A DNA stretch of 64,000 nt from Pseudomonadota bacterium (GTDB lineage Bacteria > Pseudomonadota > Alphaproteobacteria > Sphingomonadales > Sphingomonadaceae): the NCBI GenBank assembly GCA_039027955.1, contig JBCCJD010000003.1, positions 1,627 through 65,626 on the forward strand. Reading direction: 5' to 3'. Positions 57,615 to 64,000 of this stretch are shown here, piece after piece. The position numbers and the translations under genes were made by a program. The first letter of the stretch is position 1. Each line of letters opens with the position of its first letter. Under the pieces are notes generated by a model, which did no database searches, was not told the origin of the DNA, and worked only from the letters and a program-made list of their open reading frames with translations.

Positions 57615-58250
57615 CTAAGCGTAATGTCCTTCACTGTGATGGAAGATATCGCGATCATCCCATCCGGCGATGTCGAGCTGAGCGCGTGTCGGCAGGAATT
57701 CAAAACACGCTTCAGCCATGTCCAGCCGCCCTTCGCGCTTAAGCCGAATTGTCAGCTCATCGCGCAGTTTGTGCAGGTAACGCACATCCGAAGCGGCATA
57801 TTCTCGCTGCGCATCATTCAATTCAGGCCCGCCCCAATCCGAGCTCTGCTGCTGCTTTGAAAGCTCTGCTCCAAGCAGCTCGCCGGCAAGGTTCTTAAGG
57901 CCATGGCGATCGGTGTATGTGCGCACCAGTTTGCTGGCGATCTTTGTGCAGAACACAGGCGCCGCCATGACCCCGAGATAGTATTGGATCGCGGCCAAAT
58001 CAAACCGCGCATAGTGATAGAGTTTCACTCTGCTTTCATCCGCCAACAGCGCGGTGAGATTAGGCGCTTCATACTCGCTGCCCGGTGCAAACCGGACAAG
58101 ATGCTCATCGCCTGAGCCATCGCTGATCTGGACGACACAAAGCCGGTCACGGTGTGTCACCAATCCCATTGTCTCGGTATCGACCGCCAGTGCAGCCGTG
58201 CCCGTCAGCGCCCCGTCGGGCAGGTCTTCTTCATGAAAATATACACTCAT
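57615..58250 (-). CDS. rnd: Ribonuclease D (short alphaproteobacterial form)
   Basis: AVDTETMGL, RLCVVQ, HYARFD, CTKIASKL, SKQQQSSDWG, YAASDV. Start at ATG 58250. Confidence 0.92.
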   Translation of the reverse strand: MSVYFHEEDLPDGALTGTAALAVDTETMGLVTHRDRLCVVQISDGSGDEHLVRFAPGSEYEAPNLTALLADESRVKLYHYARFDLAAIQYYLGVMAAPVFCTKIASKLVRTYTDRHGLKNLAGELLGAELSKQQQSSDWGGPELNDAQREYAASDVRYLHKLRDELTIRLKREGRLDMAEACFEFLPTRAQLDIAGWDDRDIFHHSEGHYA

Positions 58251-58334
58251 CGGCGCGCGCTCTACGCCGATTGGGGATAGAGGGAAAGGGCCGAGTGGTG
58301 CGAATGGTTGCACAGCGTGTAACACAGGCGCGCG

Positions 58335-59021
58335 ATGTCCAGCGAAGCAGTCCCTGTCTCATGGCGTAGCGCGCTTGAACCGGTGCTGAAGCAGCCCGAA
58401 GCGCGCCGCCTTGGCGGATGGCTGAGAGCCGAAGAAGCCGCTGGAAAGACTATCTATCCTCCAGCCGGGCAAAGGCTTGCCGCGCTGGCGTTGACCCCGC
58501 TCGACACAGTGCGCGTCGTGATCCTGGGGCAGGATCCCTATCATGGGCCAGGCCAAGCGCATGGCCTCGCTTTTTCCGTGCCTGATGGGGTTAAACCGCC
58601 GCCATCGCTGGTCAATATCTTCAAAGAGCTGGAAAGTGACCTTGCGATTGCCCGTCCGGCGACAGGGAATCTCTCACGCTGGGCTGAGCAAGGCGTGCTG
58701 CTGCTGAACAACACGCTCACTGTGCAAGCAGGGCAAGCAGGCAGTCATGCAGGGCGTGGATGGGATGCGATCACGGATGCCTGCGCTGAAGCTGTCGCGG
58801 CGCGCGGCACGCCTGCGGTGTTCATTTTGTGGGGCAGCCATGCGCGAAAGAAAGCGGGGCGCGTGCGCGGCCTTGGTGCAGGCGATCATCATCTGGTGCT
58901 GACCAGTCCGCATCCCAGCCCGCTCTCTGCGCATTCGGGGTTTTTCGGCTCTAAACCGTTCAGTCAGACCAATGCATTTCTTGAAAGATGCGGCGAACAG
59001 CCGATCAATTGGTCTTTGTAA
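58335..59021 (+). CDS. ung: Uracil-DNA glycosylase
   Basis: GQDPYHG, PPSLVNI, GVLLLN, HPSPLSA. Confidence 0.96.
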   Translation: MSSEAVPVSWRSALEPVLKQPEARRLGGWLRAEEAAGKTIYPPAGQRLAALALTPLDTVRVVILGQDPYHGPGQAHGLAFSVPDGVKPPPSLVNIFKELESDLAIARPATGNLSRWAEQGVLLLNNTLTVQAGQAGSHAGRGWDAITDACAEAVAARGTPAVFILWGSHARKKAGRVRGLGAGDHHLVLTSPHPSPLSAHSGFFGSKPFSQTNAFLERCGEQPINWSL

Positions 59022-59063
59022 GGTAACGCGCGGCCAGCAAGACTTACGCTAAGGAGAATACCC

Positions 59064-59849
59064 ATGTCTGAAGATCCGGTCTTGCTGGCGATTGCAGATG
59101 GCATTGCGAATGTGACGCTTAACCGCCCTGGCGCAATGAATGCGATCAATCGGTCGCTACGCCGACGGCTGTACGAAGTGATGCAAGCGGTCGATCGTGA
59201 TCCTGCAGTGCGCGCGGTGATCCTGACCGGCGCTGGCGACAAGGCCTTTACCGCTGGCCTTGATCTTAAGGAATTGGGCAGCGAAGAAGGCGCGCTCGGC
59301 TCTGCCAATGCCACCGATCCGGCGGACAATCCGGCCAAAGCAATCGAGCTGTGCCGCAAGCCCGTAATCGGCGCGATCAACGGGGTTGCGATCACTGGCG
59401 GGTTTGAAGTGGCACTGGCCTGCGATGTCCTGATTGCGAGCACAAATGCGCGCTTTGCTGATACCCATGCACGCGTCGGCATCGTGCCGGGTTGGGGCCT
59501 GTCGCAAAAGCTCAGCCGCATGGTTGGGATCTCCCGGGCTAAGGAACTCGCATTTACCGGCAATTTCCTCGATGCGCCGACTGCGCTTAAATGGGGGCTC
59601 GTCAATCACGTTGTTGAACCGCACGAATTGTTGCCGCTGGCGACGAGGCTGGCGAACGATATGGCTGGCATCGACGCTCGCTTCCTGGCCGAATACAAGC
59701 GGCTGATCGATGATGGCTTTGCCTTGAGTTTTCGCGAAGGGATGGCGCTCGAAGCGGGCCGCTCCAGCGCGGCAAACGCTGAGGTGTCGCCTGAAGAGGT
59801 CGAAGCCCGCCGCGCGGCGGTGCAGGAACGTGGACGAGGGCAGGGTTAG
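59064..59849 (+). CDS. Enoyl-CoA hydratase/isomerase family protein
   Basis: TLNRPGAMNAI, AFTAGLDLKE, GAINGVAITGGFE, FADTHARVG. Confidence 0.92.
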   Translation: MSEDPVLLAIADGIANVTLNRPGAMNAINRSLRRRLYEVMQAVDRDPAVRAVILTGAGDKAFTAGLDLKELGSEEGALGSANATDPADNPAKAIELCRKPVIGAINGVAITGGFEVALACDVLIASTNARFADTHARVGIVPGWGLSQKLSRMVGISRAKELAFTGNFLDAPTALKWGLVNHVVEPHELLPLATRLANDMAGIDARFLAEYKRLIDDGFALSFREGMALEAGRSSAANAEVSPEEVEARRAAVQERGRGQG

Positions 59850-59862
59850 CCTGCCCCCCCGT

Positions 59863-61278
59863 TTAGAATCCCGCCGTCAGCCGCAAGCCGAGCGTCACTC
59901 CGGTATCACGGAATTCGACCGCGCTATCGACCACTTGCGCATTCGCCGTCACTTCAAAGCCTTTGGCAAAGCCAAGCGTGTAGAACGCTTCGACCCCTTG
60001 CTCATCTTCGATCCCAAGCCGGAACGCAATGTCATCGACCAGCTCGTCCGTCAGCGAATAATGGAAGTAAGCGAGGCCAAAACGGTCCTGCGGGCGTTTG
60101 CGCGGGTTTCCGGAAATGCCGAAATAGCCTGAGTAATCGAGGAAAGTGGGATCGCCGGTTGAAGCCTGGAACCGGGCGAGAATGCCCCAGCCCTTGCCCG
60201 GCGCCTCGGGATAGAGATCGAGGAACTGGTATGCGGACAGCTGCAACGCTAGCTCGTTTTCCTCATCGCCGAAAATGCCGCCCGGGGTTGGAGTGAGCGC
60301 AAGCGGCAGGATATCGAATGCCGGGCCTGAACGGGTCGAGCCGACCACTGCTAGATTGACCACACCGGGCTTGCCGCCGATCTTGGTGCGGCGCGCAGCT
60401 GAAGCGAGAAAGGCGACGCCGCTTTCAAACGCGGTCTCAAACCCGGTGCGTTCGTATTGCGAATCCGGATCGAACACCCACAGCCGGTAAATCATGGTTT
60501 TGGTTGGCACTTCGAGCAGCGCGCCGGTGATCGTGTTAGGCACCACTGCGGTCGGCGGAAGCGCGAGGCCAAGGTTCTGGAACCCGTAATGCCCATCGCT
60601 CGCGACAATCGGCAGCGCGCCTGAGATATCGAGGATGTTGACTTTGCCGACCGTCAGCTTGGTGCGTGATTTCCAGGTCTTAGTAACGCTTGCGGAAAGG
60701 TCGAAGTCGCCTGCCCCTTCAGGCCGGAACAGCGCGGTATTGCCGGGGATAAGGCCAATCTCGCCATTCGACGTCTCGCCCCAAGTGAATTCCGGCCGCA
60801 GTGTCAGCGTAAAGCTGTCATCGAGCCCGAAGGCTGAGCCGGCAACGTTCACATAGGCATCGGCGCGCCCGGCATAGCGGACAATGTCGTCGGCATCGCC
60901 GGCAACGGGTAGGTCAACAAATTGCGAGACCACCAGCCGAGCATCAATCGGGCCTTTGTCAGGCTTTGCCTCAGTGGCGCGCTGAGGAGGAGGTGGCGGC
61001 GCCTGACGTGCGGTTTGCGCTGCTGTGTGTGCTAGTGCGGGGCCCTCACCTTCGCCAGGAGCGAGCGGGCCGACCGCGCCTGTTCCGGCGGTGCTGGCAA
61101 CGTTCACAACGCGACCTTCGTCCGCTGCTGCAAGCTCATGCGGTTCACTTACGATGCCGCTTGCAAGATCATCGGCTGATGCTGGAGCGCCGCTCAACGC
61201 CAGCGCGCTGATACCGGCGATGAAAAGACTGCGCGCACGCAGGCGCATACTACGTTTGGATGGGGGTGCGACCAACAT
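59863..61278 (-). CDS. Carbohydrate-selective porin (OprB family)
   Basis: Signal peptide, beta-strand pattern, QDRFGLAY, EAFYTL, ANAQVV, terminal LGLRLTAGF. Confidence 0.8.
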   Translation of the reverse strand: MLVAPPSKRSMRLRARSLFIAGISALALSGAPASADDLASGIVSEPHELAAADEGRVVNVASTAGTGAVGPLAPGEGEGPALAHTAAQTARQAPPPPPQRATEAKPDKGPIDARLVVSQFVDLPVAGDADDIVRYAGRADAYVNVAGSAFGLDDSFTLTLRPEFTWGETSNGEIGLIPGNTALFRPEGAGDFDLSASVTKTWKSRTKLTVGKVNILDISGALPIVASDGHYGFQNLGLALPPTAVVPNTITGALLEVPTKTMIYRLWVFDPDSQYERTGFETAFESGVAFLASAARRTKIGGKPGVVNLAVVGSTRSGPAFDILPLALTPTPGGIFGDEENELALQLSAYQFLDLYPEAPGKGWGILARFQASTGDPTFLDYSGYFGISGNPRKRPQDRFGLAYFHYSLTDELVDDIAFRLGIEDEQGVEAFYTLGFAKGFEVTANAQVVDSAVEFRDTGVTLGLRLTAGF

Positions 61279-61540
61279 ATCCTATCCCTGTTAGACCTGC
61301 GCAGAGTGGCGCGGGCATTTGTTGTTGCTGTTCGATTGGCTGCTCAATGGATTGAAGTCAAACGGGTGCCAGACACTTTGCGATTAGCCTGTGTCTTCTC
61401 CATCACTTATAAGCCTGCTTTTAGGGACAGTGACGTATAGCGATAGGAGCCAGCCGACATTTTCCTGTGAATACAAAGACTTTGTTAAGTATACTTGGCT
61501 GTTCGGTGCTTGGCTGGAGTGGGTCTTGGCAAGCTGGAGC

Positions 61541-62887
61541 TTATGCCGCTCCGCGTAGCTTTTGCAGTTTGGCGAGCGCGTCGCGCAGCTCGCTGGTGGT
61601 CGATCCGGCCGCCTCGCCGCCAGCTTCCCCATCATCGCTTGCGCCTGCTGCCGGGCCATTGTCCTGCGCCAGCACGGATAGCGCTTGGACCGCTTCAGCT
61701 AGAGCCGCTTCGCGCTGCGGGACCACGCGTTTTGCTCGGTTCTCGCGCACCGCTGCCTTGTGCTCGTCAAGCGCGACTGCAAAGCGTTCGATCATCTGGA
61801 TCATGCTAAGCTCTTCGAGCGGCGTCTGGCGCAGTTTAGCCGCGGCTTTCGGGATCGCCGGGTCAAGCTTTGCTCGCAGCAAGGCGGGCGGTTCAGGGTC
61901 CGCAACGGCCTCGGCCTCCTCCTCGCCGGGTTCGCGCGGCTCTTCGACCCACACTGCGTTGCGCCCTGCAAGCTGAGCAAACTGAGCCAGATCAAGCGCG
62001 CGCGGCGTATCGGGATCAGGCTCGCTCGAGTCCTGTTCAGGCGACGCTTCTTCTTCGGCATCATCGAGCGTATCGGTAAGGTCAAGCGGTGCCTCGTATG
62101 CGGGTTCCTCATCGAGTTCGAGCGGCACATCGGCGTTCTCGGCGAGTGCGGGGTCGCTCGGCGCGGCTGGCTCCGGCGCGTCGGTTTCGCCTGCACCTGT
62201 TTCCTCGGCGTCTGTTTCCCCGGCGTCTGTTTCGGCTACTGGCTCATCCACCGCTTCCGCTTCGGTTTCGGCGTCTGTTTCGTCTACCTGCTCATCCGCC
62301 GCATCCGCTTCGGTTTCGGCTTCGGTTTCGTAAGCCTCCTCGATCCAAGCTGGCTCTTCGAGTTCATCAAGCGGCGCATCACTTAGGGGCGTCGCATCGC
62401 CGTCAGTCGCGGTTTCGATATCGCTTGCCCGTTCATCAGCGAGCGTCGGGTCGTCAGCGGCAAACGGTACAGTTTCGATCGGGGCATCAAGACTGTCGCT
62501 GCCGAGTTCGGCGACCGGATCGATCGGCTGAACACGCCGCGCCGCATGCTGCGCGAGTTTGCGCGGCGCTTTGCGTTGGCGGTGATAGTCGCTGATAAGG
62601 CGAGCGAGCACAAACCCACACAAAGCCCCGAATAGAGCTGCAATGGCAGCGAATAGCAGCGGCGCAAATCCACCTAGATCACCAAGCCCTGTGAGCGTTC
62701 CCAGACGGTCCACCACCGGGCCTGGCAACACCACAAACATCAACCCAAATAGCGCCGCGCCCCAAGCGCATAGCGCAGGCGTAAAGATCGGATGAGAGAT
62801 GATCGAAGCGCGAGCCGGCTTGCGCGCAGAAGAACGCCGCTTGCGGCGCTCGCCCGATCCCGTTGCTGGCTCTTCAGTTTGCCCCAT
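61541..62887 (-). CDS. Hypothetical protein: two N-terminal TMs, very acidic low-complexity middle, helical C-terminus
   Basis: D/E/A/P-rich region with internal repeats; ends LRDALAKLQKLRGAA. Confidence 0.8.
   Translation of the reverse strand: MGQTEEPATGSGERRKRRSSARKPARASIISHPIFTPALCAWGAALFGLMFVVLPGPVVDRLGTLTGLGDLGGFAPLLFAAIAALFGALCGFVLARLISDYHRQRKAPRKLAQHAARRVQPIDPVAELGSDSLDAPIETVPFAADDPTLADERASDIETATDGDATPLSDAPLDELEEPAWIEEAYETEAETEADAADEQVDETDAETEAEAVDEPVAETDAGETDAEETGAGETDAPEPAAPSDPALAENADVPLELDEEPAYEAPLDLTDTLDDAEEEASPEQDSSEPDPDTPRALDLAQFAQLAGRNAVWVEEPREPGEEEAEAVADPEPPALLRAKLDPAIPKAAAKLRQTPLEELSMIQMIERFAVALDEHKAAVRENRAKRVVPQREAALAEAVQALSVLAQDNGPAAGASDDGEAGGEAAGSTTSELRDALAKLQKLRGAA
62180..62317. 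repeat. In-frame tandem duplications inside the acidic protein gene
   Basis: 48-bp unit at 62222-62269 and 62270-62317 (43/48 identical), plus adjacent 15-bp ETDAG-like units. Confidence 0.85.
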
Positions 62888-62935
62888 TTCGCGTTATGCT
62901 CCCCAAAGCTTGCGAGACGTGCGGCTGCTCCGCCT

Positions 62936-64000
62936 CTACGCGTTTAAACCTTGATGCGGCTCATGTGGCTGGACGCCGGCGTCGTCTCGCCCCTGGCCCT
63001 CGCCGACCAGCTCTTTGCCGCGTCGATGCTGAGCTAACAAGACTCGGTAAACAGACGCATAACGCGCTGCATTCGCGCTCCAGTCGTGGCGTTCGCGGAC
63101 ATGAGCGGCAGCAGCGCGGCGCATCTCATCCCACGTATCGCGCGCGGTGAGAAGTTCGCTAAGCGCGCTCGCGCAGGCGCTTGGATCATCCGCTACAAAC
63201 AGAGTGCCGGTAACGCCATCGCTGATGAGTTCGCGATGACCTGCGACATTAGAGGCGGCAACGAGGCGTCGCTGCGCCATCGCTTCCAATGGCTTGAGCG
63301 GGGTTACAAGTTCAGTCAGGCGCGAGGCCTTGCGCGGATAGACCACGACATCCATCAGCGAATAATAGCGCTCCACTTCGTTATGAGGCACGCGTCCGGT
63401 AAAGATTACCGCTTCGGGTTCAGGGAGTTTTTCCGCCGCCGCGCGCCACGCTTCTTCGCATGGCCCGCCTCCGACCAGCAGCAGCCGGGTTCCGGGATGA
63501 CGATCGCGGATCATCGGCAGCGCCGCGATCAGATCATCGATCCCTTCGTAGTCGTAAAAGCTGCCGACATAGCCCAGCACCGGCGCATCGCTCGCAAGCC
63601 CGAGATATTCAGCGAGCAAGCCATCGCGCACTGGCGCTTCGCCAAACAGGCCGAGATCAACCCCATTGGGCATCACGCCGATCTTGCCGCCAGCAACGCC
63701 GCGCGCGATGAGGTCATCGCGCAAGCCCTGCGAGATTGTAAACAGCGCATCGGCACGTTCCGCGATCTGCGTCTCCAGCGCGCGAGTCATGAAATATCTT
63801 GCCGAGCCGAATTTGCCTGTACCGTTGCCGACGGCAGCATCTTCCCAAAAGGCGCGGATCTCATAGACCAGCGGGACGCCAAGGGCATTAGCCGCCCGCC
63901 AGGCTGCACCGCCGCAAAGCGCGGGCGAGTGAGCGTGGATCACGTCGGGGCGCCACTCCTGGCTGAGCGTCTTGATCGCAGCTGCCAGCGCTGCCATTTC
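62936..64000 (-). CDS. GT4-family glycosyltransferase, 5' end outside the window; resembles exosortase/PEP-CTERM-locus type
   Basis: RPDVIHAHSP, YEIRAFWEDA, PNGVD, GSFYDYEG, TPLKPLEAMA, VAGHRELI. Confidence 0.88.
   Translation of the reverse strand, partial: EMAALAAAIKTLSQEWRPDVIHAHSPALCGGAAWRAANALGVPLVYEIRAFWEDAAVGNGTGKFGSARYFMTRALETQIAERADALFTISQGLRDDLIARGVAGGKIGVMPNGVDLGLFGEAPVRDGLLAEYLGLASDAPVLGYVGSFYDYEGIDDLIAALPMIRDRHPGTRLLLVGGGPCEEAWRAAAEKLPEPEAVIFTGRVPHNEVERYYSLMDVVVYPRKASRLTELVTPLKPLEAMAQRRLVAASNVAGHRELISDGVTGTLFVADDPSACASALSELLTARDTWDEMRRAAAAHVRERHDWSANAARYASVYRVLLAQHRRGKELVGEGQGRDDAGVQPHEPHQGLNA

Noticed and set aside
61340-61365. Sigma-54 promoter (TGGCAC) upstream of the porin; similar word at 6794
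   Set aside because: No GC at the -12 position with the correct spacing in either case.

Overview
High-GC alphaproteobacterial chromosome segment. Gene content and order suggest Sphingomonadales, probably Erythrobacteraceae (inference). It is mostly housekeeping and metabolic genes: ihfB, tRNA-Leu(TAA), msrB, queG, large NAD-glutamate dehydrogenase, phoD, thrS, glnE, bcp, galU, murA, phaB, leuS-lptE-holA, lptC-lptA, rnd, ung, two cytochromes P450 and a flotillin pair. Several small AT-richer accessory patches are interspersed. I found no integrase, transposase, prophage, rRNA or CRISPR array. The main observations are: (1) an unannotated 23-codon leader peptide with eight consecutive Thr codons and mutually exclusive hairpins directly upstream of thrS, i.e. 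a probable ribosome-dependent attenuator; (2) an operon of a UDP-galactopyranose-mutase-like flavoprotein, a GtrA flippase and an STT3-like GT-C membrane protein, suggesting an uncharacterised lipid-linked sugar transfer system; (3) a two-gene accessory block punctuated by repeated ~30-bp GGGTG-centred palindromic elements; (4) an orphan accessory gene beside a beheaded XRE regulator; and (5) several structured intergenic RNAs, tandem repeats and a missed 44-aa ORF. All family assignments come from motif recognition by eye; no database search was run.
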